From the NCBI RefSeq assembly GCF_000143415.4, contig NW_003314292.1:1123498-1187497 (forward strand): a DNA stretch of 64,000 nt. The letters run 5' to 3'. The notes below the pieces were generated by a model, which saw only the letters and a list, made by a program, of their open reading frames with translations, did no database searches and was not told where the DNA came from. The first letter of the stretch is position 1; every line of letters begins with the position of its first letter. Position numbers and translations under genes: made by a program. Below, in pieces: positions 11,875-23,255 of the stretch. This stretch comes from Selaginella moellendorffii. Lineage: Eukaryota; Plantae; Lycopodiophyta.

Positions 11875-13482
11875 GGCCTGGTATTTGCTGTTGCTATGGA
11901 AGGCGGATCAATCAAGCTGTTTGACGTACGATCTTCTCGACTGACGTAAGGTTTAGCTCAGCGGCCGTGTAACTATGAGATAAGAAGCTGGAAATCAGAA
12001 CTTGATTTACGTGATCAAGCAAGTAAGGGTGTATACACTGCTTCCAATTGTTTCTTCTGGACTGCTTGAAAGTCCTGCAGAGTGTTGCCTGGACGAGAAA
12101 GAAAATAAATCACAGCATGAACGGAGAAACAAAATTCTGCTTACAGCTACTTGCGTCCTTCAACCGCGTCTTTGGAAGTTCCCAAATTATTCAAACGCAT
12201 TAGATTTTCGAAAACCCTTCTGTTGGGTTAGGGTTATAGAGCTGGCGATGGAGGCAGTGATGGTCGAGCCGGCCCAGGATATGACTAGTTGTGTGGTGTG
12301 CTTGGCAGAGATAGGGAGAGTGCAGGAGCGCGTTGTGGTAATTTTCCACCCGGACGTAAGAGATACGCACCTGTATTCTGTACATCTCGAACTTCTCAAG
12401 TTACGCCGATATCGATTCATGGATCACATTCGGAGCATCTATGGAGCTGTCAACCTGCGGTACGCCACAAGCTCTGGAGCTCGCATTCAGAAAGTAAGAA
12501 TATGTGCGTTGTACTTTCTAAAAAGATGGGCGGTTCTTTTGCAGCATGAATTACGAGCTGCGGGCTCTGGTGGGAACATCAGATTGCTGGGTATGTGGTA
12601 ATCTCTCTTCTTGTCTGATTACTGCTGTTGCTGTGAATGTTTGGTTTGGTTTTGGTTATAGGATTGGTGTGCCCAAACCAGGTCCTTGGTGGTGGTGCTT
12701 GGAGACGCACATGTGTATGTGTTTGGCGAGGCCCTTGCGTCGGTGATACTGTGCCGAAGTGGGAAGGACGAGAGGCTGACCCGTCCAAGTTCTCTCTACC
12801 GTCTCAAAAATGCTAGTCCCCCACAAAGCAGTAGTCTACCTTTTTACTACCACAAGGTGCTCACCCTTTTGTTGAAATTTGTTATTCTGGAAGCTTGTGC
12901 ACGCAGGAGCGGCTGACTACAGCAGACTCCTATCTTATTGTTGCATCAAGACACCTAGAGTGTCACATGGATAGCGATTACACTCGGATTGATGCACTTG
13001 TGAGTATTGTATACTTTCAATCCGCAAACGAGCTTGTAACGTGCGAACTAGTACAGGGCCTCGAGGAAGCTTGCTGCCAGATTGCTGATATAGGGACCGA
13101 TGAATGCAGGACATTCGCAGTAGTTCCCGTTGGAGAGCTGCTGCGACAGAAAGTGGAATGACTCAAGAGGTGAGTGGACAGCTACACAGTGCCGCAGAGG
13201 ACAAAGAGGAAGGCCCAATTGATATATATTCCGAGCCTCCCAATGAATCTGAGTCTAAAGACGAAGGTTAGCCTGACGACGAAGAAGAGATGGTAGAGTT
13301 ATATGCTGTTAGACCCCATGGTTTGTGCCCCCAGTAAACTAATGATAGCTATATAAGGACCCAACATTGACCAAGAAGAAACCCCAGTCAATGGGAACCC
13401 TCAAGTACCCTAACCCGTTACCTCTTGCAAGCCCCGACGTCCTAGGGACCCCTAATGCTTCAAATTTACCTCTCTTTTTTTT

Positions 13483-14197
13483 TTGTTAGATATAGTGGCT
13501 TTTGATCAGGAAAAGGACCTCAAGATTGTTTGTAAAGTCAGCTCTTGCAAGTTTGTTATTAAAAGCGGGGACATATTAGAGTGGTTTGTGGACGGAAAGA
13601 ATGATGGTATTGTAATTCCTGTTGGAGGTCAGGTACACCGAGGTAAGGCAAAGGGGTGTTTAGAGCTTTTGCATTTTTTTTTTTCAGAAACTACTACTGG
13701 TTCGAGGTTTACTGCCTTGGAGATCATGTAACTGTCTTCCCTTATTGTGGCACAAGATACTCCAAATACAGGGAGACGGAAGCTGCCAGACAACTTGGTC
13801 TCACTTACGGGTACGCTGGAGTGTGTAGCAAATTTGTTACATTGTACTTTTGCTATTACAGGAATGCTATAACATTCGCTTGCAAGGAGGAGGTTAAGCA
13901 CATAGCACTCCCAGCTATCTCGTGTGGATTTGGTGGGTTTGTACTCACACCTTACCTCTTGTGTATACTGAGTTTGCATGGTGTTTCAGGTTCCCAGTGG
14001 ATAAAGTGGCATGGATTGCTGTAGAAAGTGTACAAAAGGCACTCAAAAGTGTTGAAGCATACATTGAGGTAACCTGCCCTGGCTTAGACATGCCTTTATT
14101 ATTCTTTGAAATTGTAGGTTCACTTTGTCATAAAGGACGAACCCACCTGGAGAACCTGGGTAGCTGCAACAGACCTCCTTGCGTTTTTGGATTATGA
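13483..14197 (+). CDS. Divergent macrodomain (ADP-ribose-binding fold) protein, multi-exon
   Basis: FVIKSGDILEWFVDGKNDGIV (cf. plant macro GDITxWxVDxxxDAIV), YYRNAITFACKEEVKHIALPAISCGFGG and FPVDKVAWIAVESV (cf. SIAFPAISTGIYGFP...AA.IA); GT-AG introns at ~13642-13687 and ~13938-13989. Confidence 0.7.
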
Positions 14198-14479
14198 TTG
14201 CTACATATCTTATCAGAGCAACAGATCTCCCTTTCCAGTCACTTTCGAAGGCTTTTTTAGCAAAGATCCACGAATGAGAATACTCTTATCTTAAGGAATC
14301 TGGCTTAGATAGAAATAAGTCTTTAATGATAATGGTTTAAAATGCATTTTATAAATATTTTAAAAGTAGTATATGAAATAATGTCATCGTTAGGATAAAT
14401 CTTACTAGAAAATGGTAAATAAAGAAAAAATAATTCACTAACTCCACCTATCAAGTTTGTAAACATATATATGTATATG

Positions 14480-14642
14480 CATGTATTACCCTGGCTAAAT
14501 AATACATTAATTATAGTATTACCGTCCATTTGGGACTAAATCTAGTCCATTCATTCTTGTATATAAACAAGAATCTAAAACCCAAATAATATATCTATTC
14601 CTATATCCCAAACATTCACATTGGTGGAGTTGAAGGGCATTG
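14480..14642 (+). mobile_element. Eroded LTR end plus PBS related to the 175-bp LTR family
   Basis: ...TCTTGTATATAAAC...AAACATTCACA resembles the LTR 3' end, followed by TTGGTGGAG (tRNA-type PBS, Ala-like). Confidence 0.5.
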
Positions 14643-14876
14643 CAATTTGTTCTTGAAAAGCAAAGTTTTTTGGTAATACTTTAGTGTTTAGGATTGTATT
14701 TTTTGTTTTTATTTTTTCATTCTCTTTTAAATCTAGATCTATATTAACTTTTTGAAAGATCTAGAATTCTAACTATTATTATGCTTAAATCTACTTTTTC
14801 TTCTAATCTTAATTGGATTCTCTTTTTCTACCATGCCACACCATCATTAGTCGAGGAGTATGTCACTTGAGGCTGT

Positions 14877-16329
14877 TATAGTGCACCTTATTTCTCTCTC
14901 CCTTTAAACAAACTGAAAAAGAGGTAATTGCTTGATGAAAGAGCATTTAATGGCTATTTTATTTTTATTTATCTCCTTATCTCCTAAAGGGCAATTGCTT
15001 GATGAGAGAGCATTTAATGATTATTTTATCCTCATTTATCTCCTAAGGTTCTAATGATCCACAATAATAGTATATCTAAATTTCATCACATGATCCCATG
15101 CGTTACACTCACCCCTCCTTTAGAGATGTCAATATCTTTATTAACTATTGATTAACAACGTCTTTATTAACTATTGACTAACAGCCCCTACTGAGCCAAG
15201 GGGAATTAACACCTCTATTTCCATATTAAATCTATCAATCTTTCTATTGTGTAGACTAATTATTCTATGTGAGGCAACTAGTCATCCACCCGTACTGTAG
15301 TCCCATGGTAGATACCTTCATTTGTGGATGCTTCACCAAGAGGAAAGACATATGCATGGATGCCCAATACATACGATTTCAAATTTAGGGGTAGAAATAT
15401 ACCTTACTCAAGGGTATATTATATTTTTAAGTAGCCACTAATAAATGGGAATTGAACCTATGCCATTTGCTCTGATACCACATGTACCACACCTTATCTT
15501 TCTCCCCTTAAACCAACTGGAAAAGGGGCAATTGTTTGATGAAAGAACCCTAACTATTTTATCCCTATTTTATCCCCCAAGGTTTCAAGAATTTACGGTG
15601 ACAATATATCCAAATTTCATCCCATGATCATATGCACTACACTCACCCCTCCTTTAGAGATGTTAATGTCCTCATTGACTATTGATTAGCAACCCCTATT
15701 AAGCCAAAGGAACCAACACCTCCATTTTCACATTGAATCTATTAATCCTTCTATTGTGTAGACTAGCTATCCCTATTTATCCCCTAAAGTTCTAAGGATC
15801 TATGGTGACAGTATATCCAAATCTCATCCCATGATCACATGTGTTACACTCACCCCCTCTTTAGAGATGTTAATGTCTTCATAGACTATTGACTAATAAC
15901 CCTTACTGAGCCAAGGGGAACCAACACTTCTATTTCCACATTGAAATTACTAATCTTTTTATTCTGAGGCAACTAATCATTCACCTGTACTATAGTCTCA
16001 CGGTGAATACCTTTGTCCATGGATGCTCCACCAAGAGGAAGGATGTATGTATGGATGCCTAATACATACGATTTCAAATTTAAGGCTAGGAATATACTTT
16101 GCTCAAGGGTATATTATATTTTTAAGTAGCCACTAATCAATGGGAATCAAGCCTATGCCATTTGCTCTGATACCACATGTAATGCACATTATTTCTCTTC
16201 CCTTAAACCAATTGGAAAAGGGGCAATTGTTTAATGAGAAAGCCCTTAATAGCTATTTTATCCCCATTTGTTTTAAGGATCCACGATGACAGTATATCCA
16301 AATCTCATTTCATAATCACATGCGCTACA
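14877..16329 (-). mobile_element. Tandem-array TRIM-like non-autonomous LTR element
   Basis: Repeated ~150-230-bp LTRs (TGTA...TACA; e.g. 15483-15651, 16178-16329); tRNA-iMet PBS (rc GCTCTGATACCA at ~15469 and ~16164); PPT rc CTCACCCCTCCTTTAGAGA; no coding capacity; flanks GCTGT/GTTGC. Confidence 0.75.
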
Positions 16330-17083
16330 GTTGCTAATGCTCTTTTTTTTAGATCAAACTTTTAAAGCTCTATTTCGTTAAAGTGGGATTTATTCAGTAA
16401 AATGGGATTAGGTACAAATTTTCAAGTATTTGAAAATGACGTGAAATAATATGTTTTTTGTCTAGGGGCTAGACATATCTGGGGCATGGTGACTAGCGCG
16501 GTGACTTTGTGTCCAGACTGAGTCCATCTGGTTGTATAATAAATCTCATTGTCAAGGTGAACAAGCCGAATCTAAAGCTAAAGAAGAGCAATGGCATGCG
16601 CGCACACACTATTTGTTTGTTCATTGAGCGTGTGGTGAGCTTTCCAAGATGAACGTCATTCCTATTATCCAGACATATAACTTAATGGTGAGAACATTTA
16701 GATATTATTCAATGTTATCTTTTTCTAACGAATCTAATTGTGAAGGTGTAGCAAGAGGCATTGCTAGTCTGGAGAAGTCATTTAACTCATTTGACCTTTA
16801 GTGTATTTTCATGAAACTAAATAACATTCATATTATTAAGGAATTTCTCTAGTACCTTTTTTTTACGACATAGAGGCTTGCATTTCTTTCAAAGGTGATT
16901 TAGTAAAAGGCCTGAGGGCACATGCCATTCTATTTCTCAGACCGGTATTAAGATATACTAGTGCAAAGGGAAAAAGGTATTTGGTGATCAAGTAAATGGC
17001 ATGAGGGCACACACCATTATAAGTCTAAGCGCTAGTGGACACCTCCTTTTTGGTGTCACGCCTCACGCCATCACGCCATGCCA

Positions 17084-20000
17084 TCACGCCTCCTCTGATT
17101 TAGATTCGGATTGTTCACCTTGAAATAAAATACATTAGAAACTTAGTAAAGGAATATTAATGAATCTCACCTTGAACCCGGGTTATGAATGCTCTTGCTG
17201 CATCTCTTGCATGGTTTGGCAAGGTGATGGTGGCACTCTGCTTCTGCATCCAACCATGCACAACATTATCCACTGATATGCTCATGCTGGGATCCCTTGG
17301 ATTCAGCACCCATCTCTTTTCTAGGCAATCCTTCGTATATCCGGAACTTGGCTTGAACCACTCCACAGTTACATTGAAGGAGTTAGTTTTCGTGTCCTCC
17401 TCTGCATCAGTGATGTAGCGCCCCACCCATATCATTTATTTTTTATTACTAGGTCTGACAAGCACGACCATTCCTTTGCAGACCTGTACTGGATTGAATG
17501 CTGAATCCGGCTTCTTGTTCCTCGGCCCACAATAGTGATCCTCAACATCGTTATCTGTCACTGCATTTCTAGAGGACATTGTTCCGCTACTATCTGGTGC
17601 TCTGGGTTCTGGCCAAAAGGACTCTTCCAATTCTTCATATACAACCGGCCCATTTTGGATAGCAGATATAATCTTCTCCCAATATTCGAGCAAAGGCTTG
17701 CACCTCTTAAAATAGGATTCTCCACCAAACACTAACCCCCTCTTCCAGAAGGCAATATGTTGTCTAATCCGGCCACTATACTTTCCTGGTCTTTGAGTCC
17801 ATCCGGGTGCATCAGCCATGGGGAACCCTGAGGAATCATAGGTTCCCCAGTTATGGGATCTCTCTTGAAAAGTTCAATGCCGTCCACTGGCAGCCACAGT
17901 GTGTCCCATTCTCTCATCTTGTACCTCATCACTGGAGCATCGTCACGCATGCTGAAATGAAACTGAAGAGGCTTGGAGTGGCCAATCAGCGTTTCGGATC
18001 TGTCCCTGATGTAGCCTCTTACAAACCCCTTAAAGTCTGGAACCTCTGTCACAAGTGCAGCTTCAACAGTGCCTTTGATGCAATTTTGGAATTCATCGTA
18101 GAGTTGTGGGAGGGTGAGGACATTGGATAGCCGGAGGGACTCTGCCAGGTGACTGAACATGGCATTGACGTCTTCATGAGTGTGCCCAACCATGAGAAAG
18201 CCAAGTGTAACCGTTTCAAATATGCCTTTGGCAACAAGCATCGCCAAGTACGCGAAGACGTACATGTTTTTGTTCTCACTGCCAGCATTGTCTGTTTGGA
18301 ACAGAAGATGGGGTGGAAGGCCATGTCGGCCGCAAGAACTTCCTTGAGATTCTGCTTTGTTTGGATGAGGCTATGCATTCACCGGGCGACCAGCCTCGTT
18401 GGAATGGCATGAGGCCTCACGTGATAACCCTACAATCTGACGGCCAACATATTCACTGGGATGGCATGGGGCCCCACGCGATACTGCAAGCCTTTGCTCC
18501 TCCTCCAGCTGAACCCTGTATGGGGTTTGATCGACAAGGGCCTTATGCAAGGGTTGGCCGTTCAGCTCAGTCTGCGCACTTTGCAGAGACCTTAAGTGTT
18601 TTGCTAGGGACGCAATCATCATGTTTGCACCCCCGCCACCCCATAGAGGTACAAAGAAGTTCCCATAGTTCTGGGCACCATGCCCATGAGCGATTATGCC
18701 AAACAAAGACACAGGCAGCTGCATGGATGAAGAGATTGCCTTGGGGGCAAGATTGAGTCGAGGTAAGCACGTCTTTTTCTGGTCCATTTTGTCGTGGATG
18801 ATGCATAGGTAAGAGTCAGGTCTCTCCATGGAGAGAATCCTGTTATGATAATATGCAGTCCTGCAGCTTCTCTGCTCGATGTTGTGGTCGAGCCGCCTTT
18901 TAACCAACGTCTCTCGCTCTTGAGCACTGCAAGAATTCTTCGACAAAGCCATTTTGATAGCAGTGCACTCGTCACACTTTGAAAAGCTGGAGTACTTTCC
19001 TATACTCACATCCCTGAACCTGTTGCTCCACAATCTACTAAATCTAGATTGGCTTAGCTTCCTGTAGCCATTACTCTGGAGTTCCCGATTCATATCTTCC
19101 AATATGGCCCCCTTGGTATACATGGAAGGGAGAACTCGTTGGGTGTCTCGTGTTCCATCTTCCAAGAGGCGGGTTTTATGTGGTTGCTGCTCGCTACATG
19201 TCTCGACAAACCTCTTGAAGATTGCCTTTCCATATACAACATGACCCCTGGTTTTGTGCGTACCATCGTTCCCATGGACTGCCTGTTGAACCCTTTGTTC
19301 CTCGAACTCAGTTTTGATTCTGTAGAATGTGCTTCGAGGGACTCCATAAATGATTCTCCATGCCTTCATGCAGACCAAACCCCTCTGGAAGACCATGCCC
19401 CCCACCTGATGTTCTGAAGCATCAACAGATGACCGTAATGCCTCATACACAAAATTGCGAGCTGCCTTCCAGGACAATGTCTTGTATCTTGCTCTCTCCT
19501 CTTCAATAGCATCCCAATCAGCATGTTGACAGCACCTCCTCTTGCAACAAGCAACTGTCGAGACCATTTGAACCTCCATCGCCATTTTCTGCCTTTTCGG
19601 TTCGTTGCTCAAATCCCTTTGGCTGCGCTTTAGGAAGGTGTACTTTCTTTTCCCATGAAGAGATGTTCTGTCATCAGTTGTAGTGGTGTTTGATTGTGAA
19701 TCCTTCACATTCTCAAACACTAAATGCTACAATTTCCACCGCACAATGCTTCCAATAGTTAGACTGTTTTCTTCTGTGTCAACAACCTCTAAAATTGCAA
19801 CTCCAATATCATCCCAGCCCAATTCTTGATTAGTAACCGCATCTCTTGGATCGACAACTATGGCTAAGCCCTCAGCTACCACCTCCCCCTCGGGGTTGTT
19901 TAGAAACACCTTTGCCTGAATCCATGTAGCACGGTTCTTAAGATCCACGGAGGGAACATGCGTCGCACTTGCGCTGTCCCCAACATCTGCTTTCTTCTGC

Positions 20001-20224
20001 AGATTTTTCAAGGCAACAACAACATTTACCCCGACAACCATCTCTCCTCGTTCAATAGCGACCACATTCCTATCGAAGACAATCTCTACTGATACAGCAG
20101 CATTGCCTTCCCCAAACCTTTGACAGTGTATAACAAAGTTCTGATCCATAGACATAAGAGTCCCTTTTGCAACTCTCTTCCCACCATTCAAAATGTAAAC
20201 CTTTTCCCCAACCCTGAAGGCCAT
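17084..20224 (-). pseudogene. Sola-like DDD transposase (~1000 codons) with nonsense codons and one frameshift
   Basis: CCKRRCC, VCMKAWRIIYGV, SKCDEC, IIHDKMDQKK, LFQTDNAGSENKN, FLMVGHTHEDVNAMFS; ORFs 19727-20224, 18371-19720 and 17732-18265 are in one frame separated by single TAG codons; frameshift near 17770; two N-terminal VAxG...LG...VxV repeats. Confidence 0.8.
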
Positions 20225-20518
20225 TCTGAAAGTGCAGAAAAGAAGTTAAGACCATACAAAAAATGATTGGAGAATGGCCTAAATCATAACATACCAAATA
20301 GCATGAGGCCACATGCTATTATTCAAACATGCTATTGACACCCACGTGAAATTTTGCATTCACAAAATTGGCATGAGCCCTCATGCCATTAGTGGTACCA
20401 CTAATGGCATGAGGCCTCACGCTATCTTTGGCCCCTGCTAGCCTGTTGCTATATTCCTTTTGCCTTGTTGCAACTGTATATATTTTTGTATGGGTGACTA
20501 GTCACGCACATGAGGGTT

Positions 20519-20753
20519 GTCTGGTATGTTATGATTTAGGCCATTCTCCAATCATTTTTTGTATGGTCTTAACTTCTTTTCTGCACTTTCAGAATGGCCT
20601 ACAGGGTTGGGGAAAAGGTTTACATTTTGAATGGTGGGAAGAGAGTTGCAAAAGGGACTCTTGTGTCTATGGATCAGAACTTTGTTATACACTGTCAAAG
20701 GCTTGGGGAAGGCAATGCTGCTGTATCAGTAGAGACTGTCTTCGATGGGAATG
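20519..20753 (+). repeat. Inverted, slightly diverged copy of the transposase 5' end, adjacent to the gap
   Basis: Reverse complement of ~20065-20298 with about 5 substitutions (MAYRVGEKVYIL vs MAFRVGEKVYIL). Confidence 0.85.
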
Positions 20754-20853
20754 NNNNNNNNNNNNNNNNNNNNNNNNNNNNNNNNNNNNNNNNNNNNNNN
20801 NNNNNNNNNNNNNNNNNNNNNNNNNNNNNNNNNNNNNNNNNNNNNNNNNNNNN
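20754..20853. other. Assembly gap (100 N)
   Basis: Run of 100 n. Confidence 1.
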
Positions 20854-21993
20854 CCACGGTGCAATTTCGCATTCACCAAGATGGCATGAGGCCTCATGCC
20901 ATCTTGATATACACACAGCTACAGGCAAGTAAAAACATACATGACAATACGCTAGCCATGAAATTGCAAGGGCCCAAGATGGCATGTGGCCTCATGCCAT
21001 TTCTAAATGTGGTCCTAAGCCATTCCATGGTGAACATACCAGGAAGCACAAGTGCCAAATATCAAGAGGAAGCGGTAGCCACACCAAAGATAGTGCCGCT
21101 CGCAACACCGCAACTGCTCGTAGCACTGCTCGCACAAACTGCCACTCGCATAAACTGCCGCTCGCAATGGCGCTCGCAATGCCGCAACCGCTTGTAGACG
21201 CATAAACCACAGCTCACAACGCCGTTTACACAAGTAGCGCTCACTACACTCAGCGGAACCAAGAACACGGCGCACAAAAATGATAGACCTAGGAATGAGT
21301 TCGAGAATTCAAAAATAACACACGCTTGAACGTCACATCAAATCCTCTGACAAACCAGATCTTATGATTCCTCTGACAAATTTCAAACTGAGTAGCTTCT
21401 AGACTTTGCTGTCGGAGGTTGAACTTTGTCACATCATGTCCTTGCCTCGATCCAGCTGTGCCATGTCAGTGATTCGAACTTTGCCATGCCGTGTCAGCGA
21501 TTTGCGCCAAGATTATTCGCCGTGTAAAGGAATAATTATGCTGTGTGTGTACGTCCATTTATGGCAATATAAGGCTACACGCCATTTAAAGAATAATGCT
21601 AGTCGAGCATTTTTTGGTGCATTTTTGGGTTCAAAATTGCATGAGCCCACACACTATAAAGTTTACCTGTACCAAAAATAGAAACAGCTTTATTTACTTG
21701 GGAATTTAAGTGGTTGAGGCATTTTTAAATTTACAAACACATGCCCTACTTACATTCCTTTGGTTGCTTAAAATTCAAAAATATTATAAACCTTTCTTTT
21801 TGCATTTTCAATGTTTTCAATTATGGTTTTTGATTTTCGCAGGACCAGCCTAGTAATCTATTTGCATCCCGTCATGTTTATAGCTAGCTTTTGTTTGTCC
21901 CCTTCGCTAGCTTGAGATACATCTGCTCAGCATCTGCCTCTTACAGCATTTGCCCAGAAAGGGCATCTTTCTTCACGCAGCATTTGCCACATG

Positions 21994-22019
21994 TTTAGGG
22001 TTTAGGGTTTAGGGTTTAG
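21994..22019 (+). repeat. Interstitial plant telomeric repeat (TTTAGGG)3 TTTAG
   Basis: Direct reading. Confidence 0.9.
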
Positions 22020-23255
22020 CAATTCAGTAGCTTGATAAACATGCAAATACAGAACTTGATGCAAAATCCTTTGATATGTCACAATGCCCCTAGGACCATA
22101 AACACATTTCAATAGAGAGGGTCCTTTCATTTCATAACTCCTTACGTAGATCTTGGTGAAACCAGAGTTAGTGAAGTTGGTTTCTTGTGATCCCGCATCT
22201 GATTGTGATGTCCCTTTGCAGTGTCGATGGAAAGGTCAATGCACACCAAACTGTAGAATCTTGGAGCAAAATAACGGTCGGATCTATGGCAAATGCCCAT
22301 GAAACATTGTAAGGCTCGTGTGGTCTCATGTGGTGTCTGATCGAGATGCTTTTTTGCAGGATCATCAAGAAGGACATTGTATACCATTCTGTAAAATCTA
22401 GTTGTGATCTAACGGTTGGTTCTCCAGAAAACTCAAAACAATCTCGCGTGTGTCAGAATATTCTAGGAATATACTCCTATGTGCCCCTGAAAATGGCATG
22501 CGGCCCCACGCCATTCAAGAGATAACGCCAGATGACGCCGAGCATTTTTTGGTGCATTTTTTGGGATCAAAATTGCATGAGCCCACACGCTTGAACATCA
22601 CATCAAATCCTCTGACAATTTATTTAGCTGAACATCTGGCATTTTTGGAAATACAATATGCTTTGGAATATCCAATCATGCATGGTATAAATATAGTGAG
22701 GGTATTAAATGATATCCCAATCATGATCTTTCTTTTGGATTTCGCGTGCATGCAGTCCGAGGAATGATGACGTTGCAGATTTCTTTTGGATTTCACGTGC
22801 ATGCATGCGCGCGGCGATCCAGAAATTAATGGTGGCGCCCAAGTCCGAGGAATGATGACGTGGTGGGATTACCAACCGTCATGACATTTCGCGCGTGTGA
22901 GGTTAGGTTTTGCATTTTGCTTCGTACTCGCGCTCGCATCGCGCTCCCACTCGCGATCACGCTCACATTCGCGCTCATCTACCTTCTCTACAGGTTTCTC
23001 GTGTGCATCGGCGTCCACTCGCGCTTGCATCACACTCGCGCTCACATCGCGCTCGTGTGCATCGGCGTCCACTTCAAAACACACCCAGTTTGTAACTTCG
23101 CCGCCAACTCCGCCGCCCACTCCGCCACCCACACGCAGCCCACTTGGCGTCCCGGGAGATTTCAGCGCCACTCTCCAACTGGAAGTGGCAGAGTAGCCTT
23201 GCTGCTACGCACATTCGCCAGCGAGTCCGGTTGTCACGCCTCCATTCGGCTTCAA

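Noticed and set aside
10570-13330. Possible gene fragments on both strands, including ORF 12002-12601 and an acidic stretch near 13150-13290
   Set aside because: Coding-like but interrupted by stops, with no motif I can assign with confidence.
21994-22019. Telomere or chromosome-fusion site
   Set aside because: Only ~3.7 repeats in one orientation; better treated as a telo-box or repair footprint.
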